Source of the DNA: a virus | Taxonomy: Duplodnaviria > Caudoviricetes | IMG/VR virus record: IMGVR_UViG_3300044648_000011 | Location: 1-51,000 of that record | DNA length: 51,000 nucleotides | Direction: 5' to 3' (one strand) | Part shown: positions 7,394 through 17,688 of the stretch, in pieces | How positions within the stretch are numbered: the first letter of the stretch is position 1 | How the letters are laid out: every line of letters starts with the position of its first letter | Notes under the pieces: model-generated | What the model saw: only the letters and a program-made list of their open reading frames with translations | The model's database searches: none | Told to the model about the DNA's origin: nothing | Translations under genes and position numbers: made by a program

Positions 7394-7879
7394 ATGGGTG
7401 CCCCTTCACCTAGGCGAATGAACAAGCTTGGTAAGGTGGGTTGGGAGGTTGCTTGCAACTTCGATAAGTGCAGTCAGAAGTTCTGGGCTGTCGAAAGGAA
7501 GGACGCATCAAAGGCTTGGCGCGATCACGATAGGTCTCACGCTAGTGCACGTCGTGCGGAGGCTCAGAAGCTTAAGGACGCTAAGCGTGATGCCCGGCAG
7601 GCTAAGAAGGATGCCGCAGCTCAGAAGAAGCAAGCCAAGCAGGAAAAGAAGGCACACAAGCAGCGCAAAGACGATGCCAAGAAGGAGGCTTTCCAGAAAC
7701 GTCGAGCTGCGGCTGACAAGAAGAACGAAGAGAGTACACCGGTCAAGAAGTTCTCTGGGTTGCACACCAAAGGCATCCCGAACGTAAAAGATGGGCAGAA
7801 CATCAACGGCATCGTGTACGACAGGGACGGACACCGTGTGCCGCCTGAGACCATCAGGAAGTATTCTAAGGGCTGGTAA
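7394..7879 (+). CDS. zinc-finger (C-x4-C-x18-H-x3-H) protein with Lys/Ala-rich coiled coil
   Basis: CNFDKC...HDRSH followed by KKQAKQEKK-type helix. Confidence 0.75.
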   Translation: MGAPSPRRMNKLGKVGWEVACNFDKCSQKFWAVERKDASKAWRDHDRSHASARRAEAQKLKDAKRDARQAKKDAAAQKKQAKQEKKAHKQRKDDAKKEAFQKRRAAADKKNEESTPVKKFSGLHTKGIPNVKDGQNINGIVYDRDGHRVPPETIRKYSKGW

Positions 7880-8037
7880 TGCCTGAAAGGTTATACAGCT
7901 TAGCTCCAATCACGTCCGAGACCTGGGAGGCTTCCTGCAATAAATGCGGGAAGCCTTTCAGGTCTGACGTTAAGGAGAAAGCTATTAAGAAAGTCTTGGA
8001 TCATGTTAAAGACTGTGGAGGAAAGGGCAAGACATGA
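7879..8037 (+). CDS. small zinc-finger protein (C-x2-C-x18-H-x3-C), 52 aa
   Basis: TAATG coupling; MPERLYS...SCNKCGKPF...HVKDC. Confidence 0.7.
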   Translation: MPERLYSLAPITSETWEASCNKCGKPFRSDVKEKAIKKVLDHVKDCGGKGKT

Positions 8038-8222
8038 AGTCTTATAATCGTGCGGCCATCGCTCAGGAATTGCAGTCCAATGGCTATGAAAAGCTATGGC
8101 AGTATTATGATTACGGCCCTGGCGATTTGATTGCAGTCTGGGAAGCTGGATATCGGAAAGCTCTCGCAGATGCTCGTGAACATTTGAAGGGCGAGCTAAG
8201 GAAGATTTATGACAATCTCTGA
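8034..8222 (+). CDS. hypothetical protein
   Basis: ATGA overlap. Confidence 0.65.
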   Translation: MKSYNRAAIAQELQSNGYEKLWQYYDYGPGDLIAVWEAGYRKALADAREHLKGELRKIYDNL

Positions 8223-9057
8223 CCCTGAGTATTCCTGGCAGCGTATGCAAGACGTCAAGGGTCATCCCCGTTCCGTCTCTCAAGTCAAGTCGTACCTCCC
8301 TGAACTAGGAGGGTGTGGTTACGCCTACTTTCTGAATCGAATTGCACAGACTTGGAACAAGCCAGCAGCCTGGTTTCCCCAAGGCTTGGCAGTCCATGAG
8401 GCAGCAGAGTTCTGGGAGAAGTCAGGACGTGCGGCTACGCGTGAGCAGGTCGTTGCGGCCTATCAGGAGTCCTACAGGAAGCACACAACCCGTCTCGAGC
8501 AGGGTACGCCTAACTTGAACTTCTGGTTCGCCTCAGGCCCTTACAAGGGCTGGGATGACATCACCAGGCGTGCGTATCTCGGACTCGACATGATCGATAG
8601 ATACCTCGAGTATTACCAGAATACTGCGCCTAACGAAGTCATCTGGATTACGCCTGATGGTGAGCCTGCCATTGAGCTTAAATTCGACATCGAGCTTGAC
8701 GGTATTAAAATCACAGGCTTCATCGACCAGATCATCTCTATGATTATGGATGGTCGGCTAAGGCTTAGGGACATCAAGTCTGGCAACAACCCGGGCGATA
8801 CGTTCCAGCTTAAGGTGTATGACATCGCTGTGCTCGAGACATTCGGCATTGCGATTGGTGAAGGTGATTATTGGATGGGTAAGAAGGGCAAGCCTACTAA
8901 GGTGTATGACCTTTCACCCATGAGCCGAGAACAGGTAGTTGACTTGTTCGGCAAGATGGACTATGGTGTGAAACAAGAAAGTTTTGAACCCGACCCAAGT
9001 CCCGAGAAGTGCAGATTCTGTTCTGTCTCGTCGGCTTGCCAATACAGAGAGGGATAA
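8209..9057 (+). CDS. Cas4/RecB-like PD-(D/E)xK exonuclease
   Basis: SVSQ..C, GFIDQ, DIKSG, QLKVY, C-terminal CRFC...C (Fe-S ligands). Confidence 0.9.
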   Translation: MTISDPEYSWQRMQDVKGHPRSVSQVKSYLPELGGCGYAYFLNRIAQTWNKPAAWFPQGLAVHEAAEFWEKSGRAATREQVVAAYQESYRKHTTRLEQGTPNLNFWFASGPYKGWDDITRRAYLGLDMIDRYLEYYQNTAPNEVIWITPDGEPAIELKFDIELDGIKITGFIDQIISMIMDGRLRLRDIKSGNNPGDTFQLKVYDIAVLETFGIAIGEGDYWMGKKGKPTKVYDLSPMSREQVVDLFGKMDYGVKQESFEPDPSPEKCRFCSVSSACQYREG

Positions 9058-9059
9058 TA

Positions 9060-9224
9060 ATGCAAATCGGACTGCCTGGAGCTTTGTTTCTTGTCTTCCT
9101 TGTTCTGAAGCTAACGGAGGTTATCGACTGGTCCTGGTGGTGGGTTACTTCACCCCTGTGGATTGCCGGTGGAATCTCGCTTCTGTTCCTGGCTATTGTG
9201 ACGGTGTTTGTGAGTCGTGACTGA
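9060..9224 (+). CDS. small membrane protein
   Basis: LKLTEVIDWSWWWVTSPLW motif common in phages. Confidence 0.75.
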   Translation: MQIGLPGALFLVFLVLKLTEVIDWSWWWVTSPLWIAGGISLLFLAIVTVFVSRD

Positions 9225-9287
9225 AGATAAGGTTCAGACTGAAAAGGAAATGCAAGAAAAGTACGTCATCCTTCGAAAGGGGAAGAA

Positions 9288-9674
9288 ATGAGCGACGATA
9301 ACAAGACGGTGCACGCTGACATCATCCTGACTCTCAAGGGTGGTCCGTACGACAAGACTCCGTTCATGGAGATGATCCATCACGGGAACGTGTCGGGCGA
9401 CGAGACTTCAGTTGACAGGCTGCGGCAGATCTCTTCCCTGCTGTTCGAGGCGGCATGGCTGATGGAAGACCAGGCCAACAAGTTCTCGGAATACGAAAGT
9501 CTTCGTGTCTTCGAGGACACGTCAGGCAACCAGTGGTTTGAGGTGAAGACAGACGTGTTCTACTGCGCTTCTGACCTCGAAGAGGCTCAGAGTCTGTTCG
9601 TGGCTGGTGCGCCCAACACCACCGAAAAGGCTTTGCGTGCGGTGAATGGCGATAAGCTGAAGGAGGTCAAGTGA
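9288..9674 (+). CDS. hypothetical protein
   Basis: ORF with RBS. Confidence 0.7.
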   Translation: MSDDNKTVHADIILTLKGGPYDKTPFMEMIHHGNVSGDETSVDRLRQISSLLFEAAWLMEDQANKFSEYESLRVFEDTSGNQWFEVKTDVFYCASDLEEAQSLFVAGAPNTTEKALRAVNGDKLKEVK

Positions 9675-10339
9675 TTACCTTCGAGGCATGGCCTAAGACG
9701 CCAAGGCTTAACAACCGTGGGACTACGATCACCGAGAAGATCGATGGCACCAACGCTGCTGTAGTGATCATTCCTGTGAATGCGATCGAAGCATGGGGTC
9801 GGTTGTGCACCGACTACGGTGGCTTTGCCTGGGTGGATGATACAGTTCGTAAGGACATCACTTACGTGGTTGGTGCTCAGTCCCGTAAGCGATTGATTCG
9901 TCCCGGAGACGACAACGCAGGCTTTGCTACGTGGGTAAGCCAGAACGTAGACGAGTTGGTGGATCTGCTCGGCCCTGGTCGCCACTTTGGTGAGTGGTGG
10001 GGACAGGGTATCCAGCGTCGCTACGGCATGGATCGCAAGGTGTTCTCTCTGTTCAACACCCACAAGTGGGGTAAGATCGCCACAGAGCGTCTTGACTGGC
10101 ACAGTCGAGCCCGCGATATCAACATGTCAGTTGTACCTCTTCTCTGGGAGGGCAAGTTTTCGGATGTAGTGGTAGACATGAGCATCGGATCACTACGCCA
10201 GAACGGCTCTTACGCCGCTGCTGAGTGGGGCTTTGCCGGACAACCGGCAGAAGGCATCATTCTTCGGCATAGAGAACTTGGAGGCAATCTGAAGGTGCTT
10301 CTCGAAAACGATGATATCCCGAAAGGAGTAGCACGTTGA
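9671..10339 (+). CDS. RNA ligase, Rnl2-like nucleotidyltransferase domain
   Basis: motif I TEKIDGTNA, QSRKR, FGEWWG, FSLF, EGII. Confidence 0.85.
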   Translation: MITFEAWPKTPRLNNRGTTITEKIDGTNAAVVIIPVNAIEAWGRLCTDYGGFAWVDDTVRKDITYVVGAQSRKRLIRPGDDNAGFATWVSQNVDELVDLLGPGRHFGEWWGQGIQRRYGMDRKVFSLFNTHKWGKIATERLDWHSRARDINMSVVPLLWEGKFSDVVVDMSIGSLRQNGSYAAAEWGFAGQPAEGIILRHRELGGNLKVLLENDDIPKGVAR

Positions 10340-10578
10340 TTGCTGTTGGACTTGTGGTATCATTCGTTGCGGGCGGCCTTGTAATGATGGCCATCAACGC
10401 TCGAATCGATGGAACAAAACGAGCACTTAAGAAGAAGCTTTATGCTGCTCAGAATGCTTTGTTCGATATCGACGGGGTTATTTTCACCTACATCGGTCAG
10501 CTTGACATCGTAGGTCAGGCAATGGCCGACAAGATCTCTAAGTCCATTACCGAATTTAAGAGAGGAATGATCAAGTGA
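10336..10578 (+). CDS. membrane-anchored hypothetical protein
   Basis: N-terminal TM segment. Confidence 0.65.
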   Translation: MIAVGLVVSFVAGGLVMMAINARIDGTKRALKKKLYAAQNALFDIDGVIFTYIGQLDIVGQAMADKISKSITEFKRGMIK

Positions 10579-11471
10579 AGAGGTTCGGAATTGCTGTTCT
10601 CACGGCGCTGATGGCACTTACTTTCACAGCCTGCGCTACCATGTCCACGTCGGCGTCAGAGGTAGCCCTCCAGTATGAGGGCGGACCCATCGACTCCTCC
10701 TCGTATTACGAGTGCTTTGGAGGGGGTACGAAGGAGCACAACGACGTTGGGGATGTTCATTACTACTACCCGGTTGGACAGCGTGACTTTTCGTTCTCTT
10801 CGGATGAGAAGAAAGGAGCTGACTCGGCTGCTCTTACCGCGACCACCAAGGATCTTCAGGAGGTCAAGGTCGAGGGTACGGTTAAGTTCACACTAAATTT
10901 GACATGCGAAGAGTTTAAGGACCCGAGTGGTAAGATCTGGCCGGGTGGTACGGCTCAGTTCTTCCACGAGATTTTCGGATCTAAGCACCAGGCGTACAAC
11001 AACGACGGTGGTCAGGCGTACGGCGAGGGTTGGTCTAAGCTTCTTCGTGAGTACGTAGGCTTTGCGGTTGATCAGACTGTGGACAACGCTACTCTGACTT
11101 TGACGCTTGACGAGTTGCGTGCAAGTGAGTCTGCTAAGACTGGTTGGCAGGGTGCGGTTCAGAAGAACCTTACTGAGGCTGTTAAGAAGCTGACTGGTGG
11201 TGTCGAGGTGTTCCGGATCAACACGGTTCTCCTTCAGCGTCCTGGTGTGAACCCCAAGATTTCTGATGCTCTTGCCGAGAAGCAGGCCGCACAGATCGTC
11301 GCAGATGCCTCTAGTATCGACGCTCAGGCCGCTTCGACGTGGCCTGGTGGTATCTCTGCCTACCTCGAGTATAAGCGTCAGCAGGCTCTGAACGAGGCCA
11401 TCAAGGATGGCAAGATCAAGGTGATTCCGGTCCCGTATGGTTCGGATGTTCTTGTTCAGCCGGGAGGATGA
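10575..11471 (+). CDS. SPFH/band-7-like lipoprotein
   Basis: lipobox FTAC; SPFH-like TKDLQEVKVEGTVKF; C-terminal helix with VIPVP end. Confidence 0.7.
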   Translation: MKRFGIAVLTALMALTFTACATMSTSASEVALQYEGGPIDSSSYYECFGGGTKEHNDVGDVHYYYPVGQRDFSFSSDEKKGADSAALTATTKDLQEVKVEGTVKFTLNLTCEEFKDPSGKIWPGGTAQFFHEIFGSKHQAYNNDGGQAYGEGWSKLLREYVGFAVDQTVDNATLTLTLDELRASESAKTGWQGAVQKNLTEAVKKLTGGVEVFRINTVLLQRPGVNPKISDALAEKQAAQIVADASSIDAQAASTWPGGISAYLEYKRQQALNEAIKDGKIKVIPVPYGSDVLVQPGG

Positions 11472-11472
11472 C

Positions 11473-11676
11473 ATGGCTAAGATCAATGTACTATCTGAGC
11501 CTCGCTATCAACTCGAACTTTCAGCCGACGAGTTGGAAGGTCTGGCAGCTTTGCTAGGATCAGGGACAGGCGAGAATACACTTGACACCTTGTCTCTGAA
11601 GGATGTATACTTGCAGGTACGAGATCACGCAGTCAGGGCTCCCAACCGATTTCGCGAGATTGCCAATCTGTTCTAG
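11473..11676 (+). CDS. hypothetical protein
   Basis: GGAGG RBS. Confidence 0.65.
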   Translation: MAKINVLSEPRYQLELSADELEGLAALLGSGTGENTLDTLSLKDVYLQVRDHAVRAPNRFREIANLF

Positions 11677-11691
11677 TCTGTAAGGAGAAAC

Positions 11692-11856
11692 ATGGCTAAG
11701 AAGGAAGGTCGTTGCAAGGTTTGTCGGACGTGGGTTCCTAAGGCAGTGGGAAAGACTGTGATCGCTTCCCACAGGGTTCCAACCGAAGATGGCAAGAGCA
11801 CGGAGCTTTGCCGAGGTCGCCTTACCGAACCTGTTGAGAAACGTGGCAACTGGTAA
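11692..11856 (+). CDS. small CCHC zinc-binding protein (54 aa)
   Basis: AAGGAG RBS; CKVC...H...CRG. Confidence 0.7.
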   Translation: MAKKEGRCKVCRTWVPKAVGKTVIASHRVPTEDGKSTELCRGRLTEPVEKRGNW

Positions 11857-12080
11857 TGAATCCCAAAGAGGAAGGGCTTCGCTCGGCTGGTGTGCGATTC
11901 AATCCGGAAACGGAAGAATACACCTGGTCGGGCGAAGCCCATGGTGTTCGAGCGTATTTCACCAGTGCAGACGAAACACTAGAGATCTTCATCAGCCCTA
12001 TTTTCACTATGCGTGAAAAGGGTGTAGCATTGGTTGATCAGACCGGGACAATGCGAGTCAACCGGAGGAGGGATCGATGA
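11856..12080 (+). CDS. hypothetical protein
   Basis: TAATG coupling. Confidence 0.65.
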   Translation: MNPKEEGLRSAGVRFNPETEEYTWSGEAHGVRAYFTSADETLEIFISPIFTMREKGVALVDQTGTMRVNRRRDR

Positions 12081-12304
12081 GGTACAGGTATTTCGAGGAA
12101 AGGATTGGGTCAGGGGTTAGTATCTTTAGTCGCTGGGACAGCGAAACCCATCGAATGCACGTTCGTATGCTGCCTCCTCACGACACAGGATGGGAGCCTG
12201 ATGTACTTGCGCTAACTCTCGAGGATATGTTGGATGTCATCCTTGACCCTCCGGTAGAATTGACGGAGGAGCAAATCAAGGAGAAGTTCAATGAAATTTG
12301 CTGA
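12077..12304 (+). CDS. hypothetical protein
   Basis: ATGA overlap, GGAGG RBS. Confidence 0.65.
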   Translation: MRYRYFEERIGSGVSIFSRWDSETHRMHVRMLPPHDTGWEPDVLALTLEDMLDVILDPPVELTEEQIKEKFNEIC

Positions 12305-12629
12305 CGAACCTCCTCCACCGGATGACGCACACCCGTTTTACATCGATGTAGCCGACGATATTCTGGACTCGTTGCTTACCGGAGCTACAAGCATCACGAT
12401 GGTTGATCCGAATATACCTTGGGAAGGTTATTCCTACGACGCTTTCGAGTCTGATCCCTTTCGGCCTATGGAGACAATCACTCTCCAGGTCAGTCGGGCT
12501 GTTAGTCGAGATCATGACGGTAGGTTTTGGACCTGGTTGGTGGCATCAGACAACAAAGGTCGATACGTTACTAGTCCAGCAGAAGAGAGGTCAGTTCGTG
12601 ACTGGAGATTCGGATCGCAAGAAGGATAA
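12291..12629 (+). CDS. hypothetical protein
   Basis: overlapping ORF in operon. Confidence 0.6.
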   Translation: MKFADEPPPPDDAHPFYIDVADDILDSLLTGATSITMVDPNIPWEGYSYDAFESDPFRPMETITLQVSRAVSRDHDGRFWTWLVASDNKGRYVTSPAEERSVRDWRFGSQEG

Positions 12630-12704
12630 GAAGTCGATCAAACGTACCATCAAGAAGTTAAAGAAGCTAACGAAGAAGGAACTGAAGAAACGAAAGGATG
12701 GCAA

Positions 12705-12917
12705 ATGAGCGACGAGAAGGAAGTTCGCCTGGGGTATAGCTCCAGTCACAACATCTCTTTCAATGGAACGTACGAAACGGGTATCCCTCGCAGTGAATGG
12801 GACCACATGTCCGACAGGGACAAGCAAGAGGTTTACCAGGAAGCGCTGAATGATCTGGTCGAAGTGTTCGAGCTAGACGACGATGAGCCGGACTACGCCG
12901 GACGTTCGTGGCGATGA
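12705..12917 (+). CDS. hypothetical acidic protein
   Basis: ETGIPRSEW motif; RBS. Confidence 0.7.
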   Translation: MSDEKEVRLGYSSSHNISFNGTYETGIPRSEWDHMSDRDKQEVYQEALNDLVEVFELDDDEPDYAGRSWR

Positions 12918-12990
12918 TAGGCGTAGTCGTAGCTCAGGTGGCAGCCATTTTGATTACTTGCTACATCATCAGATACGCAGGACGGAACAA

Positions 12991-13431
12991 ATGGCTGTAA
13001 GCCAGGTCGGGCCGTGTGTGGACTGTGTCAAGGAAGGTCTGCCCTTGACACGTCGAGCCACACGGCCCGGCCCCCGGTGTGCCACTCACAAGAGGCTTAG
13101 GCGTAAGATTGCCTCAGACGCCCGGTGGGAGGCGTACATCCTGAAGACGTACAAACTCACCGCAGAACAGTATTGGAGGCTGTATGAAGCTCAGGGAGGC
13201 CATTGCGCACTGTGCCAACGGGCTACGGGGAGAGCTAAGAGACTATCTGTCGATCATGACCATGCGTGCTGCCCCGGCAAGACTTCTTGTGGGCGTTGTG
13301 TACGCGGGTTGCTTTGTGGTCCTTGTAACAAGTTGCTTGGACATGCTAGGGATGTGATAGAGTTCTTCATGAGGTGCATCGAGTACCTGAAGAACCCGCC
13401 TGCTCGACGAGTATTGCGGAGGAGGAAGTAA
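12991..13431 (+). CDS. endonuclease VII (Holliday junction resolvase family)
   Basis: YEAQGGHCALC, LSVDHDH, VRGLLCGPCN. Confidence 0.92.
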   Translation: MAVSQVGPCVDCVKEGLPLTRRATRPGPRCATHKRLRRKIASDARWEAYILKTYKLTAEQYWRLYEAQGGHCALCQRATGRAKRLSVDHDHACCPGKTSCGRCVRGLLCGPCNKLLGHARDVIEFFMRCIEYLKNPPARRVLRRRK

Positions 13432-13606
13432 GATGGAAGCTAAGGATTTCCTGTGGACTTTAGTTTTAGTCCTGCTGTTTATCGGACTGACAGGAGGGTT
13501 CGAATGAAGGTCTGGAAATACAGCTTGTGGACAGCTACACTATTCGTAGTATCGTGGGTCATTTGTCTCGTGTCTGCGCTAGTTGCTGGAAAGGGAGGCT
13601 TGAACA

Positions 13607-13792
13607 ATGCCAAACATGTTTTTTCGAGTGAAACCACGAATTACGAAGTGTCGTTCCACTAATAAATGGATCTTGAATTATTCAGGTCGGCAGCACATCT
13701 GCGGACGCAATTACTCGATGGACGTTGGGTTCACTAGGTGGGAAAATGCAATGATGGAAGCTGTCCTGTATTGTAAAGAGAGGTATGGATGA
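13607..13792 (+). CDS. hypothetical protein
   Basis: GGAGG RBS; ATGA overlap with next gene. Confidence 0.55.
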   Translation: MPNMFFRVKPRITKCRSTNKWILNYSGRQHICGRNYSMDVGFTRWENAMMEAVLYCKERYG

Positions 13793-15543
13793 ATGACCGA
13801 CGTCAGATAGTGTCTGATTATCTGTCTCGAGGTTGGGTGCCATTTGCCTATTCTGGTCAGTTCACACCGCCGCCAGGCTGGCAACGCTCTACCGTGGATG
13901 ACGACACCCTGGATAATGTAGCTTCGAAGAATACCCCGGTAGCTATTCTGCTGGGCAAGGTTTCCGGCATCGTGGTTATCGATCTAGATCAACGCAACGG
14001 TGGCAACGTCAAGGCATTTATGGAGCATTATGGTCTTGGACCTAAGTCCACTCGAGTTCACCGGACAGCTTCGCCCGGGTCATACCACATGTTCTTCAAG
14101 TTCCCGGCTGAGTTGGACGAGCTTCCCAAGACTAAGGGTGAGCGGACCGGCATTCCTGCTCTTGCAGGCGTTGACATGCTCGCAGACGGCTCTCACATCC
14201 TCGCTCCGCCTACGGTTCGGGTAGGTCATCCCGACAAGCCAGACGGCGAATACGAGCTTGCTGTAGACGTTCCTGTCATGGACATGCCAGACGCGCTGTT
14301 GGTTGACTGGTTGGCTGCCACGACTCGACAGACGCCTGAAGGCAAGGCTGTAGGTCAGATCAACCCCAATGATTACGATCGGGTACTAGCTCTTCACAAG
14401 CGGAATATTGAGATCGCCGCGAACGCTGTACCAGGTACAAGGGATGATGTTTGTGTCTCTCGTATCGGATCATCCGTTCGTATCGCTCAGGCCATGCCTG
14501 ATGTCGTTCTCTCGATTGAGAAGATTCGAGAAGATTTCGAACAGGGAGTACCATACGAGATCAAGGATCTTGATGGTAAGCTGAGTCGAGCGATTGAGTG
14601 GGCAGAACAACACGCATGGAAAGAGCTGGTAGCGCCAGAAGGCACATTGCCGGACGGTGTACCACCCGACCGTGCAGGGGAATTCTTCGACGAGTTGAAT
14701 AAGCTAAGGGTCCGAGAGGCTGCTAAGCGTACCTTCAGGCTCGAAGAATTGGAACGAGAGACATCGTACCTAGAGATTGGACCTGTAATGAACGGAGAGG
14801 ACTTTTTGGGCAGCAAGCCACCAACGCCCGAATGGATCGTAGAAGGATTGATTCACCACGGCGGTAGTGCATTGCTAACCGGTAAATACAAGTCAGGTAA
14901 GTCTACGCTCATGCTAAACCTTATCGCTGCGCTCACTACAGGTTCCGTGTTTCTCGGACAGTTCGGAGTAACCAAGCCTAAGCGAGTAGCGTACATCGAT
15001 ATGGAACTTGGGCAGGGTATGGCCTGGCGTTGGCTTAAGGACATCCCGAACGTCGACACAAGTCGACTACTGTACCTTCCTCGTGTTGGACAGGGTAACC
15101 AGCTCAACATGAGGTCTGAGACGCTTCGAGCCAACACAGCTCGAATGTTGATCGAACACAAGGTAGACGTTTTGATCCTAGACCCGTTGTCCCCTGTGAT
15201 GTCCGCTCTGGGCATTGACGAGAACAGCGCAGATGTAGTGCGTCCATTGCTCGACTCATTCGACATGCTCAAGGCAGAGGCCAATCTAGAAGCCATCGTA
15301 GTCAGTCACCACACAGGCCACCAGGACCCATCTCGAGCGCGAGGCAGTACGGCCTTTATGGACTGGGCTTCGTCATTCTTGTCTGTAGTTCGGCAGGGTG
15401 AAGAATACGATTCACCTCGTACCTTCCGTGCAAGTGGTCGAGACGTTGCGGTGAATACCGCAGAGCTAGTGTTTAATGTTCAGCATCGAGAGCTGATCTT
15501 GACAGGGTCGGGACTTCACGTTCCCGACACCAACCCATTCTAA
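13789..15543 (+). CDS. bifunctional primase-polymerase fused to RepA/AAA_25-type helicase
   Basis: IVVIDLD, RTASPGSYHMFF, APPT; Walker A GKYKSGKS, LILDP, HHTG, ARGS. Confidence 0.9.
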   Translation: MNDRRQIVSDYLSRGWVPFAYSGQFTPPPGWQRSTVDDDTLDNVASKNTPVAILLGKVSGIVVIDLDQRNGGNVKAFMEHYGLGPKSTRVHRTASPGSYHMFFKFPAELDELPKTKGERTGIPALAGVDMLADGSHILAPPTVRVGHPDKPDGEYELAVDVPVMDMPDALLVDWLAATTRQTPEGKAVGQINPNDYDRVLALHKRNIEIAANAVPGTRDDVCVSRIGSSVRIAQAMPDVVLSIEKIREDFEQGVPYEIKDLDGKLSRAIEWAEQHAWKELVAPEGTLPDGVPPDRAGEFFDELNKLRVREAAKRTFRLEELERETSYLEIGPVMNGEDFLGSKPPTPEWIVEGLIHHGGSALLTGKYKSGKSTLMLNLIAALTTGSVFLGQFGVTKPKRVAYIDMELGQGMAWRWLKDIPNVDTSRLLYLPRVGQGNQLNMRSETLRANTARMLIEHKVDVLILDPLSPVMSALGIDENSADVVRPLLDSFDMLKAEANLEAIVVSHHTGHQDPSRARGSTAFMDWASSFLSVVRQGEEYDSPRTFRASGRDVAVNTAELVFNVQHRELILTGSGLHVPDTNPF

Positions 15544-15574
15544 GGAGGCACATAATGAACGGATTGGTGGGTAC

Positions 15575-16066
15575 ATGAGCACCCCACTATACGACGAGGG
15601 TCAAGAAATCGTCGTAGGCGAGGGGGATTACAAAGGCCAGTACGGTGTAGTTCTCAAGTTCGAAGACATCTTTGATCGCTACTACGTACAACTACCCAAC
15701 CTATCAGTAACCGGCTACTTTGCTTTTCAGGAACACGAGCTTCTACCGCTTGCACCTGAAGAGGAAGTTTCAGACGAGGAAGAAGAGGACGAGACGCCTA
15801 GGCTTGGCATGACTGATACTGAGTTTGTCCAGCACGTCGAGTTCATGATTAACCGTTCTCTCGACCGGCTAGTTACTGTTGGGCCTGAGACAGCTTTCTT
15901 TGGTTACCAGGAGTTCGAGGGAATGACCCCGAACGAAGTACTCATTCAGCTCATGGACAAGCTCGAGGAAGGTATTGCCCACCTGGCACAAGCACACGTT
16001 CTGGTATCCCGCATCGCGGTAGCTCTCCAGGGCACAATTGAGGAGGTATCGCGTGACAAGGATTAA
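15575..16066 (+). CDS. hypothetical protein (N-terminal SH3/KOW-like, C-terminal helical)
   Basis: EGQEIVVGEGDYKGQYGVV pattern. Confidence 0.65.
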   Translation: MSTPLYDEGQEIVVGEGDYKGQYGVVLKFEDIFDRYYVQLPNLSVTGYFAFQEHELLPLAPEEEVSDEEEEDETPRLGMTDTEFVQHVEFMINRSLDRLVTVGPETAFFGYQEFEGMTPNEVLIQLMDKLEEGIAHLAQAHVLVSRIAVALQGTIEEVSRDKD

Positions 16067-16811
16067 AGATCCGATGAAGCGGTTGATTATCGATATCGAG
16101 ACTTCCGCTATGCGAGGTAGGTTTTGGGGCTTGTGGGATCAGAACATTGGTCTAAACCAACTCGAGAACCCAACCCAGATGTTGTCGTTCGCAGCCAAGT
16201 GGTATGGTCAGAAGAAGACATACTTCTTCGCGGAGTATGAGGTCGGTAAGTCGGCCATGGTTAAGGCGGCTTGGGACTTGCTTGACGAAGCCAACGTGTT
16301 GATTCACTTCAACGGCGATAAGTTCGACCGTCGCCACCTTAACCGAGAGTTCCATGAGGAGCGGCTCGGACCGCCAAGTCCTTACCAGCAGATCGACCTT
16401 ATGAAGGTAGCTAAGAAGTATTTTTACCTGCCTAGCAATAAGCTCGAGTACATCCTTCGATGGAATGGTTTCGAAGGAAAGGTTCAGCACTCTGGCTTTG
16501 GTCTCTGGACTGCGGTAGAATCAGGAGACAAAAAGGCTCGAGCGTTGTTCAAGAAATACAACATCGGAGACGTGGTTAAGCTCGAGCCGTTGTACGACGA
16601 GCTAAAGCCGTGGATCGAGAATCACCCGAACATGCAGTTGTTCGTTCCTCGTGGCGAAGAGCCCTCGTGCCCTACGTGCGGAAGCACAAATTATAATCTA
16701 GACGGTACGGCTGCTCGTGGTAATCTTTCCCGCGTTCAGCGATACAAGTGCAAGGACTGCAATCGCGGGTTTAGCGGTCGCCTGTCCGTGATTCGAGCGG
16801 AGGAACGATGA
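16053..16811 (+). CDS. DnaQ/RNase H-like 3'-5' exonuclease with C-terminal Zn ribbon
   Basis: IIDIET, HFNGDKFD, YNIGDV, CPTCGS...CKDC. Confidence 0.88.
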   Translation: MTRIKDPMKRLIIDIETSAMRGRFWGLWDQNIGLNQLENPTQMLSFAAKWYGQKKTYFFAEYEVGKSAMVKAAWDLLDEANVLIHFNGDKFDRRHLNREFHEERLGPPSPYQQIDLMKVAKKYFYLPSNKLEYILRWNGFEGKVQHSGFGLWTAVESGDKKARALFKKYNIGDVVKLEPLYDELKPWIENHPNMQLFVPRGEEPSCPTCGSTNYNLDGTAARGNLSRVQRYKCKDCNRGFSGRLSVIRAEER

Positions 16812-17419
16812 GTACCCTGAATGACATCATGCCTGAGCTTAAGAAGGCAGCTCGGACTGTGGCCTACAAGTGGCCCCAAATCACGACCGAAGACGACATG
16901 CTTCAGGACTTGTCGGTTCACTTCTTGGAACGTGAAGGTTCGCTAACTAAGCTTTCAGAAATGAGTTCGACTACCCGGCTAGCCAGTCTAATTCGAGTAG
17001 GGCACCAGATTGCATCATCACATCGTGATGACTATGATGTGTTTGCTGGGCAGTTTACCTACTCGGTAGAAGAGGTTCGTAAGCTTCTCGAGAATCGAGG
17101 TTTGGATGTAGACTCGGATTTGTACAGCTATAACCCGGCTGTTCAGGATCTGAAGTTGGCTATTCTTCAACTTCAAGAGAAGAATTTCGATCAGTCTTCC
17201 GCTATCTTGAACCGGTATGTATTTAATCTAGTGCCTGATCGAGATTCAAATGATCGAAAGCTGTTGAACCGGGCAGTAGATTCTTTGACCAAGCTAATGA
17301 ATCGAACTAAGGCGAGTGACAGTTACGAATACAAGAATGGTGGTCGCCATCGTAACAACACGCAGGCTTTGAGTGTCTCTGAGCTGTCGTACGACGGGGA
17401 AACTGAGTTCGATGGATGA
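16808..17419 (+). CDS. sigma-factor-like / HTH DNA-binding protein
   Basis: AARTVAYKWP...DDMLQDL...YSVEEVR, as in the cluster-A phage family. Confidence 0.65.
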   Translation: MSTLNDIMPELKKAARTVAYKWPQITTEDDMLQDLSVHFLEREGSLTKLSEMSSTTRLASLIRVGHQIASSHRDDYDVFAGQFTYSVEEVRKLLENRGLDVDSDLYSYNPAVQDLKLAILQLQEKNFDQSSAILNRYVFNLVPDRDSNDRKLLNRAVDSLTKLMNRTKASDSYEYKNGGRHRNNTQALSVSELSYDGETEFDG

Positions 17420-17494
17420 GCTACAACCAACGCACTGGACGGACGACTACGAAGAGATCCAGGACGTTTGGATGGACGTATGGGAGGAGGCACG

Positions 17495-17674
17495 ATGAGT
17501 CATAGCATCTTTGACATCGCGTTCAGCGATGAGCGGTATCAAGCACAGGTAATGCCAGATCTGTTTCCTGATCAGAAGCAGCCAGTATTGAACAACTGGC
17601 ACCCTGAAGATCTCGAGGCTTTCTGTGGTGGCGAGTATACAAACCGTCGAATTGGTCTCAAGGTTAGTAACTAA
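17495..17674 (+). CDS. conserved small phage protein
   Basis: YQAQVMPDLFP...NW..ED..FCGG resembles cluster-A small genes. Confidence 0.65.
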   Translation: MSHSIFDIAFSDERYQAQVMPDLFPDQKQPVLNNWHPEDLEAFCGGEYTNRRIGLKVSN

Positions 17675-17688
17675 GAAAGGAAGTATCA

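Noticed and set aside
8209-9057. Cas4-like gene as a sign of CRISPR-Cas
   Set aside because: No repeat-spacer array or other cas genes; solo Cas4-like exonucleases are common in these phages.
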